Numbered from the stretch's first letter, positions 1 through 9,600 are shown. The stretch is DNA of 64,000 bases from Patescibacteria group bacterium (GCA_028286885.1 JAQBQS010000003.1:44607-108606); one strand, 5' to 3'. Notes: generated from the sequence alone by a model not told the origin. Translations and numbers: made by a program.

Positions 1-20
1 TATACTTGTCGTAACCTTTT

Positions 21-1520
21 ATGCCAACTTCCGAAAGTCTTATCATCCTCCGGGACTTCATCTATCCGCTCCTTGTCGCCACGGCGGCTATTTGGGCTCC
101 GCTTTTGATCGGATCGGTCATCTTGCAGTGGTGGCTCGAATACGTCCGCAAGGAAACTGTTGCCAAGGCGAAGTGGACGATGCTCGAAATCAAGATCCCG
201 AAAGAAGTTATGAAAAGCCCGGCAGCGCTCGAGCTCGTACTGACGAGCATGCATGCCGAGACGAAGCCGCCTCTCTTTACGCCGAACGTTCCGACGAAGT
301 GGACGAAGCTCGCAAGCGAGTTTGGAAAATTTTACGCGGCGCTGTGGCTCGGGGCATGGCCACTATGGTGGTCGCTTGAGATCGCTTCGATTGAAGGGAA
401 TATCTATTTCTTCGCACGTGTAGAACCTAAAAATAGACTTGCTGTTGAGAACTTGTTCTACTCGCAGTTTCCTCAGGCGGAAATTACGGAAACAGATGAC
501 TACACAAAATATGTTCCTCCGTTCAAAGCCGGCAACGGCTGGGATTTGCGCGGATGCGAATACAAACTGAAAGAAACGTTCGATGGAGACAAGAAAGAAG
601 CCGGCGACAAGAAGCTCAAGATGCCCGTGGACGCGCTGCCGATCAAGACATATATCGAATACGGATTAAATGATGCGTTCAACTTAGAGGAAGAGCAAAA
701 GATTGATCCACTCGTGTCGCTTTTGCAAGTCATGGGAGCGCTTGGCCAAGGTGAGCAGGCGTGGGTTCAGATTGTAATCCAAGGCTCGTGGGCGAGGTTC
801 GAGAATCCGAATTTGGAAAAGCGAGGTGAAAAGCCGTTTGTTTTCTGGCAGGATGTTGGAAAATATTACATCGACGATGTCATCTTGAAACCGTGGAGAG
901 GATTCATCATCAAGCCAGTGCCGGCAAAAGCGGAGAAGAAAGATAAACTTTCTGGTGAAGTAACCCAAGAGGCCCAGGATGAAGTCAAAGGCGTCCAAGA
1001 CACCGGATTCAAAAACGTTCCCGAGCGCGAGAAAGGAAAGCTCGAATCGACCGAGCGCAACATGCAGAAGCCCGGATACGACACGGGTATTCGCATCGTG
1101 TATCTGGGATACGGAGCTTCGTTCAAAGTTGGACGATTGGGCGAACTCAAAGGCGCATTCAAGCAGTTCAACGCAGCGAACCTGAATTCATTTGAGGTAA
1201 CCAACGGAACCGACGACGGATTTGATTTTCCTTGGCAGGATTACAAAGATCTGCGCAAGCTCAATAATCGCGAAAAAATGTTCAAGCGATACGTTAAACG
1301 AGAATTCTTCTATCCGCCAGAAATGGGCGCGACGCTCGCTTTGAAAAAGGTCATTGACGCGCCGCTTGTCAAAGGAACCCTCAAGCCGCCTGAAATTTCA
1401 GTTTTGACAACCGAGGAGCTCGCGACCATTTTCCATTTCCCGGGAACCGTCGCAAGGACGTCGGGACTCACGCGTGTCGAGGCGCAAAAAGCCGAGCCGC
1501 CTTCAAATCTCCCTATTTAA
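21..1520 (+). CDS. hypothetical membrane-anchored protein (single N-terminal TM helix, large soluble domain)
   Basis: 499-aa ORF with an N-terminal hydrophobic helix (IYPLLVATAAIWAPLLIGSVILQWW). No family recognised by eye. Confidence 0.5.
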   Translation: MPTSESLIILRDFIYPLLVATAAIWAPLLIGSVILQWWLEYVRKETVAKAKWTMLEIKIPKEVMKSPAALELVLTSMHAETKPPLFTPNVPTKWTKLASEFGKFYAALWLGAWPLWWSLEIASIEGNIYFFARVEPKNRLAVENLFYSQFPQAEITETDDYTKYVPPFKAGNGWDLRGCEYKLKETFDGDKKEAGDKKLKMPVDALPIKTYIEYGLNDAFNLEEEQKIDPLVSLLQVMGALGQGEQAWVQIVIQGSWARFENPNLEKRGEKPFVFWQDVGKYYIDDVILKPWRGFIIKPVPAKAEKKDKLSGEVTQEAQDEVKGVQDTGFKNVPEREKGKLESTERNMQKPGYDTGIRIVYLGYGASFKVGRLGELKGAFKQFNAANLNSFEVTNGTDDGFDFPWQDYKDLRKLNNREKMFKRYVKREFFYPPEMGATLALKKVIDAPLVKGTLKPPEISVLTTEELATIFHFPGTVARTSGLTRVEAQKAEPPSNLPI

Positions 1521-1524
1521 TTTC

Positions 1525-2547
1525 ATGGAAGTTCCTGATATTACAAATTACGAAGGTTCGGCTCCTCCCCCTGCTAAGGGGGAGGCTGGGAGGGGGTTTG
1601 AAAATACAAACCCCCTCCTAACCCTCCCCTTAGCAGGTGAGGGAACAGGACAGCCGAAATCGCGCAAACGCAGGTTTGCGTTTTTTGGCTTAGTCGCGGG
1701 ACTTGCCGCCATTGTCGTTATTTCGTTCGGAATCGCCGGACGTCCTCCCTCTGACTTTGTTCCCGAAACGGTGGTTGTTATTCCCGGCAATGCATCTACA
1801 AAATCAGCCGGCGACATTCTCGTTAAAAATCACATCATCAGGTCGAGCAGCATCTTCCAGGCCATCATCCAAACGATCCTCGGCGATCGCCCCGTCATCG
1901 CCGGACAGTTCCAGTTTGACAAACCGGTCAGCGTCCTGAAAGCCGCGCAAATCGTTACGGGCGGATCATTCGGACGTACGCAGATCAAGCTTACAATTCC
2001 CGAAGGTTCAAGCAATGCCGACATTTCAAAAATCGTTCTCAAGCAGATTCCGGATTTCAATGAGAAAACATTTCTCAAGAATTCAGGACCATTCCAAGGA
2101 AACTTGTTCCCTGAGACGTATTTAGTTTTCAAAACCATTACTCCTGACGAATTGATTGCACGAATGCGGCAGGAATTCGACAAGAAAATTTCAGCGCTCA
2201 AGTCTGATATTTCGGCATCGAGACATGATCAAGAAGACCTCGTAAATATGGCTGCCATCTTGGAGAAAGAAGCCAAGAATTCAAGTGACGCTGCGCGCAT
2301 CGCGGGAATTCTGTGGCACCGCATTGCAATCGGAATGCCGCTTCAAGTAGATGCCGCGCCTGTAACATACAAGGAAAAAGGATTTCCGAAAGTGCCGATC
2401 GGCAATCCCGGCGTTGCGATGATCAATGCGGCGATTCATCCCGTTTCATCCGACTATTTGTATTATCTGTACGACAAGAAAGGCGTGATCCATTATGCCA
2501 AGACGTACGCGGGGCATCAGGCGAACATCGAAAAATATCTGAGGTAA
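1525..2547 (+). CDS. mltG: endolytic murein transglycosylase, MltG/YceG family
   Basis: N-terminal TM (FAFFGLVAGLAAIVVISFGIAG) plus the C-terminal YceG-like signature LQVDAAPVTY...PIGNPGVAMINAAIHP. ATG at 1525 chosen; the ORF opens at 1474 but that would overlap the upstream gene. Confidence 0.7.
   Translation: MEVPDITNYEGSAPPPAKGEAGRGFENTNPLLTLPLAGEGTGQPKSRKRRFAFFGLVAGLAAIVVISFGIAGRPPSDFVPETVVVIPGNASTKSAGDILVKNHIIRSSSIFQAIIQTILGDRPVIAGQFQFDKPVSVLKAAQIVTGGSFGRTQIKLTIPEGSSNADISKIVLKQIPDFNEKTFLKNSGPFQGNLFPETYLVFKTITPDELIARMRQEFDKKISALKSDISASRHDQEDLVNMAAILEKEAKNSSDAARIAGILWHRIAIGMPLQVDAAPVTYKEKGFPKVPIGNPGVAMINAAIHPVSSDYLYYLYDKKGVIHYAKTYAGHQANIEKYLR
1556..1641. repeat. GC-rich nested palindromic element (~86 bp) lying in-frame inside the mltG N-terminal coding region
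   Basis: CCTCCCCCTGCTAAGGGGGAGGCTGGGAGGGGGTTT-(loop)-AAACCCCCTCCTAACCCTCCCCTTAGCAGGTGAGGG. The arms are near-perfect reverse complements and far more GC-rich than the flanks. The terminal CCTCACC resembles the DUF559-element termini. Confidence 0.6.
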
Positions 2548-2594
2548 TCCTCGGATTTTTTGTTTTAAAAATTCCGTGCTACGATGTCATCCAT

Positions 2595-3134
2595 ATGAAG
2601 GAAAAGAAACTCGCGTTTATCGACCTCGAAACGACCGGATTTGATCCGTTGACGCAGGAAGTCATCGAGATCGGCTGCCTCTTCGCAAAATTAAACGAGA
2701 ATGGAATTTACGAGGAGCTCGACTCATTCGAGCTCAAGGTGAAGCCGGAACACATTGAAACAGCGGACCGCGAGGCGCTCCGCATCAACCGCTACAGCGA
2801 CGAGGACTGGTTGTTTGCTCACACCCAGAAGGAAGCCTTCACAATGCTCGCGCAGAAATGCGAAGGATGCGTTCTGGTTGCGCAAAACACGCCGTTTGAC
2901 TACGGATTTCTGCAGGCCGGATTCTCGCGAAACGGCCTAAAAGATCCGTTCTTCTTTGCAAAGCTCGATACCATCTCGCTCGCATATTTACGATTTAGGA
3001 AGGATCCCGAGATGAACAACTTTTCGCTCAAGGCGCTTTGCGAGAGATACGGAATCAAGAATGAGAAAGCGCACAGCGCGCTCGCTGACATCCGCGTTAC
3101 GTTTGAGGTGTTCAAGAAATTGATGGGGCAGTAA
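2595..3134 (+). CDS. DEDDh 3'-5' exonuclease (DnaQ / DNA polymerase III epsilon-like)
   Basis: Exo I motif FIDLETTG and Exo III motif HSALADIRVTFEVF. ATG at 2595; the upstream part of the 2313 ORF overlaps mltG. Confidence 0.75.
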   Translation: MKEKKLAFIDLETTGFDPLTQEVIEIGCLFAKLNENGIYEELDSFELKVKPEHIETADREALRINRYSDEDWLFAHTQKEAFTMLAQKCEGCVLVAQNTPFDYGFLQAGFSRNGLKDPFFFAKLDTISLAYLRFRKDPEMNNFSLKALCERYGIKNEKAHSALADIRVTFEVFKKLMGQ

Positions 3135-3178
3135 GGCTCCTTTTTTTCTTGCCAAAAGTATGATAGTGTTGCCGCATG
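3134..3178 (+). promoter_or_regulatory. terminator T-run + TTCTTGCCAAAA + TATGATAGT (-10-like) + 8 nt + ATG promoter-like motif
   Basis: ctttttttcttgccaaaagtatgatagtgttgccgcATG. One of at least 6 similar instances in the window. Confidence 0.45.
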
Positions 3179-4252
3179 TTTTCATGGTTTTTGAAGAAAA
3201 ATAAAATAGGAAAAGGAAAGAAAGCCTTCGTCGGAGTTTCCGGCGGCGTCGATTCGTCCGTGTCGGCGGCGCTCTTGATCGAGCAGGGATACGACGTTGT
3301 CGGTGTTTTCATCAGGACATGGCAGCCCGATTGGATCCCGTGCACTTGGAAGGACGAGCGGCGAGATGCAATGCGCGTATGCGCTCACTTGAACATTCCG
3401 TTTGTTGAACTTGATTTGGAACAAGAATACAAGAAAGGCGTTGCCGACTATATGATCGCTGAATATAAATCAGGCCGTACGCCGAATCCCGATGTCATGT
3501 GCAACCGTGAGGTAAAGTTCGGAGGATTTTTGAACTGGGCGCTCGAGCATGGAGCAGATCATGTCGCGACAGGTCACTATGCAAGAAACGATGGTCAATT
3601 GATGAAGGGAGTTGATCCGTCAAAAGACCAGTCCTATTTTTTGTGGATGCTCACAAAAGAGCAGCTTTCAAAAATTCTGTTTCCCATCGGCCATCTTGAA
3701 AAATCAGATGTGCGAAAACTTGCTGAAAAATTCAAGTTGCCCACAGCGACCAAAAAAGATTCACAAGGGATCTGCTTCATCGGTGAAATCGATATGAAGG
3801 AATTCTTGAGACATTATATTGACATAAATCCCGGAGATGTTTTGAATATCGACGGAGAAAAAATAGGAACGCACGATGGTTCATTGTTTTACACTCTCGG
3901 AGAAAGGCACGGTTTCGTCATTTCTAAAAAAACGACGCGCGACATGCCGTACTATGTCGTCGAAAAAAATATCGACAAGAATACGATTACCGTATCTCAG
4001 GACCCCGCAAGCTTTGAGAATTCGACTGATGTTATCTTGCGTGATTGCGTATGGCGAGAAAAAATAATTTCCGATAAAAAATACGATGCCCAAATCCGCT
4101 ATCACGGGCATTTAAAGCCAGGTATTCTTGTTCAAGGAGTACAAGGGGAATGGATCGTACATTTTGATGAGTCAGATTTCTCGCTTTCACCGGGACAATC
4201 GGTTGTCGTGTATGACGGCGATGTTTGCGTCGGCGGGGGAATCGTGAAATAA
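3176..4252 (+). CDS. mnmA: tRNA-specific 2-thiouridylase MnmA
   Basis: PP-loop SGGVDSS plus conserved MnmA blocks (IRTWQPDW..., NPDVMCN..., FLNWALEHGADHVATGHYAR). Confidence 0.85.
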   Translation: MFSWFLKKNKIGKGKKAFVGVSGGVDSSVSAALLIEQGYDVVGVFIRTWQPDWIPCTWKDERRDAMRVCAHLNIPFVELDLEQEYKKGVADYMIAEYKSGRTPNPDVMCNREVKFGGFLNWALEHGADHVATGHYARNDGQLMKGVDPSKDQSYFLWMLTKEQLSKILFPIGHLEKSDVRKLAEKFKLPTATKKDSQGICFIGEIDMKEFLRHYIDINPGDVLNIDGEKIGTHDGSLFYTLGERHGFVISKKTTRDMPYYVVEKNIDKNTITVSQDPASFENSTDVILRDCVWREKIISDKKYDAQIRYHGHLKPGILVQGVQGEWIVHFDESDFSLSPGQSVVVYDGDVCVGGGIVK

Positions 4253-4262
4253 TGCAAGAATC

Positions 4263-5333
4263 ATGCGGTTTTTTCGCGCCTTTGCAAAGACTTCTTTTGT
4301 CATTCTTGCTCTCATCGGGCTTGCCTTCGTAGGCGTGTTTGTCAGCATGCAATTCGGCTGGACGAACGTGCGCGGAACGATTGCCGAAAGGAATAATTCC
4401 TTCTTTAAGAATATTCCCAAAACTGCTTCGGCAAACAGCAATTCAAGCCAGGCAGTGATTTTGTGCAAGGTTCACGCGCTTGCGAACTTTGCCCCGCAGA
4501 CAGCGCAAAATATCGAGAATGCTTACCAGCAAACTAACGATGGCAGTCTCGCGTCTGCGATGTTTTCCGTCGCAGCGCTTCGTTTCGCGGGGACGTCGCT
4601 CCAATCAAATTTTGACATGTGCGCTACGGCAACCGTGCCGGATTTGACTCCTGTAACCCAGACGGCGTACGCATGGGCGGATTCTGCCGAGTGGGGAGTC
4701 ATGAAGTCCGCATTTGTCCGCGATCAGGATACGATCAATCGCGCGGCGCGCGATGCCGGCATCTCGCCGCGATTGCTTCTCGGAGGAATTATCGGCGAAC
4801 AGTTCCGTTTCTTCACGAGCGAGCGCGATTCGTTCAAGCAGTATTTCGAGCCGTTGAAAGTCCTCGCGTCTCTTTCGAAATTTTCATACGGAATTGCGGG
4901 ACTGAAGCCTGAAACGGCGCAGCTCATCGAAGACCACTTGCATGATTCGACCTCGGTATTTTATTTAGGGTCGGAAATGGAAAATGTCATTGCGTATCCG
5001 GACGGCTCTGATCATGACACGGTTCGATTCGACCGAATCACCGATACCAAGAATACCTACTATTCATATTTGTACGCAGGGCTTTTCATGCGCGAAGTTA
5101 CGAACCAATGGAAGGCGGCGGGGTACGATATTGCCGAGCGTCCCGATGCGCTCTCGACACTCTACAATCTCGGATTCAATCGCTCGATTCCGAAGCCCGA
5201 TCCGGCGGCGGGAGGAGCGCCGATTACGGTCAACGGACAACTTTATAATTTCGGCGACTTGGGGTACCAGTTCTATTATTCAGGGGAATTGATTCAAGAA
5301 TTTCCCTATGTTTCGAGTTCGCCTTCTCAATAA
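4263..5333 (+). CDS. hypothetical membrane-anchored/secreted protein
   Basis: 356-aa ORF with an N-terminal hydrophobic segment (FVILALIGLAFVGVFVSM). No recognisable family. Confidence 0.5.
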   Translation: MRFFRAFAKTSFVILALIGLAFVGVFVSMQFGWTNVRGTIAERNNSFFKNIPKTASANSNSSQAVILCKVHALANFAPQTAQNIENAYQQTNDGSLASAMFSVAALRFAGTSLQSNFDMCATATVPDLTPVTQTAYAWADSAEWGVMKSAFVRDQDTINRAARDAGISPRLLLGGIIGEQFRFFTSERDSFKQYFEPLKVLASLSKFSYGIAGLKPETAQLIEDHLHDSTSVFYLGSEMENVIAYPDGSDHDTVRFDRITDTKNTYYSYLYAGLFMREVTNQWKAAGYDIAERPDALSTLYNLGFNRSIPKPDPAAGGAPITVNGQLYNFGDLGYQFYYSGELIQEFPYVSSSPSQ

Positions 5334-5403
5334 AAAATAAAAAAGATTTTTGTTATCCACAAAAATCTTTTTTTGTTGCAACTTCGTGCTGTATACTTGT
5401 CGC

Positions 5404-5955
5404 ATGAATATCAGCTCTTTCGTTATGCAGACATTTGATGCACCATTTCTTCTTATCATGGCCAAGCTCGCAGTCGCGATGCTCTTGGGGCTTGTCCTCG
5501 GACTCGAGCGCGTCTATGCGCACAAGACGGCCGGAATGCGAACGTACGCGCTCGTCGCGCTCGCTTCCGCCGCGTTCATAACGGTGTCAGTATTTATCGG
5601 AGACCATTTCATGCAGTTTGCCGCGGGTTTCAATCCGGCATTTATCGCAGGCGAGATTGTTGTCGGTGTCGGATTCCTCGGAGCGGGACTTATCATCTTC
5701 AAAGACGGGCATATTGAAAACCTGACAACGGCAGGAGGACTTTGGATCTGTGCCGGCATCGGCATGATGTGCGGATTCGGCATGATCAGAGAGGCTATCT
5801 TTACCGGAGTTCTCACATTTTTCGTCATGGGAGTCCTGTCGGTTGTCGAGCGCAGAATCCGCCTTCATTATTTCCCGGATCCGGTATTTGAAGCCGCGCT
5901 CATCGCCGAGAAAAAGCCCCGCAAAAAGCGAGTTGTAAAAGTTCCTGTGCAATAG
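5404..5955 (+). CDS. MgtC/SapB-family membrane protein
   Basis: MAKLAVAMLLGLVLGLERVYAHKTAGMRTYALVALASAAF is the typical MgtC N-terminal block. A terminator hairpin and a TATACT box lie upstream. Confidence 0.7.
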   Translation: MNISSFVMQTFDAPFLLIMAKLAVAMLLGLVLGLERVYAHKTAGMRTYALVALASAAFITVSVFIGDHFMQFAAGFNPAFIAGEIVVGVGFLGAGLIIFKDGHIENLTTAGGLWICAGIGMMCGFGMIREAIFTGVLTFFVMGVLSVVERRIRLHYFPDPVFEAALIAEKKPRKKRVVKVPVQ

Positions 5956-5997
5956 TACACTTTATCCGTTAGCAATTAATAATTTTTCATAATACTC

Positions 5998-6420
5998 ATG
6001 TCTATTTTCCTTTTGACGCTCATCGCAGCCGTCGTTTCACAGATCCTTTCAGCAATCTGGTACATGTCGCTCTTCGGCAAGAAGTGGGGTATGGCTATCG
6101 GACACCCAATGCCTACTACAGAGGACAAGAAGATGGGAATAAAGCAGATGGCATGGCCTCTTGTTATCGGATTCGTAGGGCATCTCCTCGCGGCATTCGT
6201 AACGTTCCTGATCCTTGCCGGATTCGGAGCCAACACCATCGGGCAGGCCCTCATTACTGTCGCCGTTCTCTTTGTCGGATTCTCAATTCCTCAGGTTGCC
6301 GGCGCAGTCATGTGGAAGGGATTCACGACCAAGCAGCAGTGGATGCAGTTCGGCATCACGATCGGATTCCAGGCAATCAACTTTGTGGTCTGGGCGCTCA
6401 TCTTCGTTTGGCTCGTATAA
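5998..6420 (+). CDS. small polytopic membrane protein (DUF1761-like)
   Basis: 140 aa with 4 predicted TM helices. N-terminus SQILSAIWYMSLFGKKW resembles the DUF1761 family. Confidence 0.45.
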   Translation: MSIFLLTLIAAVVSQILSAIWYMSLFGKKWGMAIGHPMPTTEDKKMGIKQMAWPLVIGFVGHLLAAFVTFLILAGFGANTIGQALITVAVLFVGFSIPQVAGAVMWKGFTTKQQWMQFGITIGFQAINFVVWALIFVWLV

Positions 6421-6430
6421 TATTTCAAGA

Positions 6431-6455
6431 AAGCAGGCCGCAAGGCTTGCTTTTT
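6431..6455 (+). terminator. intrinsic terminator
   Basis: aagcaggccgcaaggcttgcttttt hairpin followed by a T-run. Confidence 0.6.
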
Positions 6456-6518
6456 GCATGTAAATAATGTTAAATCATGGCAAATAATTCCATAATAAAG
6501 CGATTAAAAATATAAAAC

Positions 6519-7055
6519 ATGAGCGAAGAAAAAGTTCCCATATTCTCTTGGGAAGAATTTCTCAAGAATGTCAGGTTGCAAGCCGAATCTTTAGCGATCG
6601 ACATACGGCACGATCCTCATTTGGCTCCGTACTATCTATTTGCAGAGTTTCATCGCAGGTATCCTCAGCAGATAGAATTTACGAAAAATCATTCCGTTGA
6701 TTGCGCCATGATTCATCTCTTTCCCGATTTGAATTATTCGATCGATGGCGTTCCTCAAGGTTGGCTCCGCGTCTCGCGCCATGGCGAGAAAAGCTCGACG
6801 TTGGAGTTTTTTTCGAGAGGGAGGCCCGGAGATGGCATTCAGGATTCTCTTTCAATCAGCTTGGTTGCAGGATTTTTCAAAGAAAACGCAATGACTCATA
6901 ATGAAAAGCCAGGAAAGCCGTCGCTTCGATTCCAAATTCATGACGAGGATGCGCCGCTTAATCTGGACGATGAAATGCTGCTCAAGCATGTTCGCATACC
7001 GTTTCGTCTGGTAAATGAAATGATGGATATTTTCGGAGGATTGTTTAAAAAGTGA
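6519..7055 (+). CDS. hypothetical protein
   Basis: 178-aa ORF with its own upstream terminator. No family recognised. Confidence 0.45.
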   Translation: MSEEKVPIFSWEEFLKNVRLQAESLAIDIRHDPHLAPYYLFAEFHRRYPQQIEFTKNHSVDCAMIHLFPDLNYSIDGVPQGWLRVSRHGEKSSTLEFFSRGRPGDGIQDSLSISLVAGFFKENAMTHNEKPGKPSLRFQIHDEDAPLNLDDEMLLKHVRIPFRLVNEMMDIFGGLFKK

Positions 7056-7061
7056 AACAAG

Positions 7062-7088
7062 TCAGGCGGGCGCAAGCCTGCTTTTTTT
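7062..7088 (+). terminator. intrinsic terminator
   Basis: aggcgggcgcaagcctgc plus TTTTTTT. Confidence 0.65.
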
Positions 7089-7118
7089 CTTGCCAAAAAC
7101 TGCTATAGTTTCCGCATG
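7080..7118 (+). promoter_or_regulatory. TTCTTGCCAAAA-TGCTATAGT-N6-ATG promoter-like motif (possible leaderless start)
   Basis: tttttttcttgccaaaaactgctatagtttccgcATG. An extended -10 TGcTATAGT ends 6 nt before the pepF ATG. Confidence 0.5.
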
Positions 7119-8891
7119 AAAACGACATGGAATCTGGAACTCTTATATAAATCTCCCGAAGATCCGCAGATTGAAAAGGACATCAAGCTGATTGTTTCGG
7201 CGTGCAAGAAATTCGAGAAGAAGTGGAAAGGGACGAATGCATATTTCAAAAGCGATAAAATTCTGGCGGAAGCGCTTAAAGATTACGCAAAGCTGTATGA
7301 AACGATCGGGCAGCAGAAGCCGAGTCAGTATTTTCACCTTTTAAACGATACTCAATTGAATCATCCGACCGCGAAGGCGCGCCTGATGCAGATCGAGCAG
7401 TCCATGACGGAAGCCTGGAACCGGATTATTTTCTTCGACCTGGAGCTTGCGAAAATTCCACCAAAGGACCAGAAGAAATTTTTAAGCAGCGCCATTTTAA
7501 AACAATACCGTTATCATCTTGAAAAAATATTCAAGTCTGCGAAGTATGAGCTTTCTGAATCCGAACAAAAGATTTTAAATCTCACTGAACAGACAAGTTA
7601 CGAAATATGGACAAGCGGTGTAAAAAAGATGCTGTCAGAGCAGAAAATTCTGTTTGGAGGCAAGGAAATGGGAATGAGCGAAGCGGCAGGAATCAGCCCT
7701 TCGCTTCCGCGAGAAGATCGTGAAAATATTTACAATCAAATCATTGAAGCTACAAAACGGGTTGCTCCGTTTGCGGAAAGCGAGATGAACGCCGTACTGA
7801 CAATCAAGAAAATAAAAGACGATCTCAAGGGGTATAAGCATCCTTACTCGTCATCAATTCTTTCAAAACAAAATGATGAAAAGGCGATCATTCGGTTTTC
7901 AAAAATCGTGACAAATCACTTTCCGATCGCTCATCGTTTTTACGCATTGAAGAAAAAAATGCTCGGCATGAAGGAACCGATGAGGATATTTGATGTCAGT
8001 GCCGACCCTGGAAAAGTAAGCAGAAAGTTTTCATTCGACGAGTCGGTGAAAATTGTCAGGGCGGCCTTCGCTTCGATAGATCCCCAATTCGTGGAGGTGT
8101 TTGATTCCTTCTTGCAAAACGGTCAGATCGACGCTTTTCCGAGGTTGAATAAAAGGGCTGGCGGGTACTGCGCGAGCAGCCACGGATTGCCGACATTTAT
8201 TCTATTGAACCATACTGAAAATTTTGATTCCGTAAGAACCTTGGCGCACGAAATGGGACACGCGTTCCATGCGGAATTTTCAAGAAGCCAGCCGGCATTC
8301 TACGAATCATGTACGCTTTCCACCGCTGAAGTCGCCAGCACTTTCTTCGAGAATGTGGCGTTCGACAAAATATTCGAAACTCTTTCGGAAGAAGAAAAAA
8401 TAATCGCTCTTCATGACAAGGTATCAAGCAGTCTCGCTTCGGTATTCTTGCAGATTGCCGGATTCAATTTTGAAGTCGAGCTGCATGAGACGCTGCGCAA
8501 AGAAGGATTTGTTTCAAAAGAAAAAATGTCCGAATTGATGCTCAAGCATCGCGCATCGTATTTCGGTTCCGCTGCAAAACTCGATCGGGACGACGGTCTA
8601 CTCTGGGTCAGATGGCAGCATATGCGCTATTATTTCTATGTCTACACCTACGCTTACGGCGAGCTCATCTCGAGCGCCATGTATGCCAAATACAAAGAGG
8701 ACAAGTCATTCGTCAAGAAACTGAAACAGTTCCTGTCCGCGGGAGGTTCCGATACGCCTGAAAACATTTTCAAGTCGATTGGTATCGATACTACGAAAGA
8801 TGAGTTCTGGATTGCTGGAATAAAGAATATTGAAGCAGATGTTATCAAACTTGAAAAACTGGTGAACAAGAATACAAAGAAAAATAAATAA
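7116..8891 (+). CDS. pepF: oligoendopeptidase F (M3B family)
   Basis: HEXXH zinc motif in TLAHEMGHAFH, plus length and conserved M3B blocks. Confidence 0.85.
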   Translation: MKTTWNLELLYKSPEDPQIEKDIKLIVSACKKFEKKWKGTNAYFKSDKILAEALKDYAKLYETIGQQKPSQYFHLLNDTQLNHPTAKARLMQIEQSMTEAWNRIIFFDLELAKIPPKDQKKFLSSAILKQYRYHLEKIFKSAKYELSESEQKILNLTEQTSYEIWTSGVKKMLSEQKILFGGKEMGMSEAAGISPSLPREDRENIYNQIIEATKRVAPFAESEMNAVLTIKKIKDDLKGYKHPYSSSILSKQNDEKAIIRFSKIVTNHFPIAHRFYALKKKMLGMKEPMRIFDVSADPGKVSRKFSFDESVKIVRAAFASIDPQFVEVFDSFLQNGQIDAFPRLNKRAGGYCASSHGLPTFILLNHTENFDSVRTLAHEMGHAFHAEFSRSQPAFYESCTLSTAEVASTFFENVAFDKIFETLSEEEKIIALHDKVSSSLASVFLQIAGFNFEVELHETLRKEGFVSKEKMSELMLKHRASYFGSAAKLDRDDGLLWVRWQHMRYYFYVYTYAYGELISSAMYAKYKEDKSFVKKLKQFLSAGGSDTPENIFKSIGIDTTKDEFWIAGIKNIEADVIKLEKLVNKNTKKNK

Positions 8892-8905
8892 GGTAATAAA
8901 ATAAA

Positions 8906-8934
8906 AAGCAACCTACTAGGTTGCTTTTTATTTT
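8906..8934 (+). terminator. intrinsic terminator
   Basis: aaagcaacctactaggttgcttttt. Confidence 0.6.
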
Positions 8935-8982
8935 ATTCGTGGTATTCTTGGCAAGAAGATTTTAAAACAAAAAAGTGCAGCG

Positions 8983-9255
8983 ATGATAGTAATAACAGTC
9001 AAATTTCCATTTCACAAAGGTTTCGATCCTTCTCTTTTTAAGGATGAATATTCAAAGATGATAGGAACTATTTTTAACCTTACATGCGAATATAGCACCG
9101 AAGGAAAGGGTGCCAAGAAAACCCAAGTTATCAAACTGAGGTGCAAGAAAGTTGTAAATGACAGAGCGCAAATCAAAAGCTCTTTTCAGACGCTCGTTAA
9201 AAGAGAAACGAAGCAGAAAAGTGTGGAGATCAACCTTTCGATGAAGGAGAGATAA
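8983..9255 (+). CDS. small hypothetical protein (90 aa)
   Basis: Bracketed by an upstream and a downstream intrinsic terminator. No homology recognised. Confidence 0.3.
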   Translation: MIVITVKFPFHKGFDPSLFKDEYSKMIGTIFNLTCEYSTEGKGAKKTQVIKLRCKKVVNDRAQIKSSFQTLVKRETKQKSVEINLSMKER

Positions 9256-9324
9256 GTTTTCTCAAAGGCAGGCCTTTAGGCTTGCTTTTTTACTTGGATA
9301 TGATATAAAAATTAAAACTAAAGC

Positions 9325-9585
9325 ATGGATAAAATTAAAGAAGCTGAAGATTTCCAAAAGAAAATAAAGGAAATTCTGAAAGCAAACAACGTATCAAACG
9401 GAATTCCTCTCATCGAGCAAGCTTTTGAGAAATTGAGTATATTTCCTTATTTCAATCGGTATAATTCTCCGGGTTATTATGGAGTTGATATTGCATTCTC
9501 AAACAGAAGCTATTCGTTTGCTTGCAAAGAAAAAAGTTTTTTAGGGTGGAGATGGTGGAGCGTGAAAATTGTCTATGAAAATTGA
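9325..9585 (+). CDS. small hypothetical protein (86 aa)
   Basis: Own terminator downstream (aagccggaatgccggcttttttt). No homology recognised. Confidence 0.3.
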   Translation: MDKIKEAEDFQKKIKEILKANNVSNGIPLIEQAFEKLSIFPYFNRYNSPGYYGVDIAFSNRSYSFACKEKSFLGWRWWSVKIVYEN

Positions 9586-9600
9586 AGCCGGAATGCCGGC

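Noticed and set aside
2313-2594. N-terminal 94-codon extension of the exonuclease ORF overlapping mltG
   Set aside because: It has Arg/Cys-rich non-protein-like composition and overlaps the mltG 3' end. The conserved exonuclease starts at the ATG at 2595.
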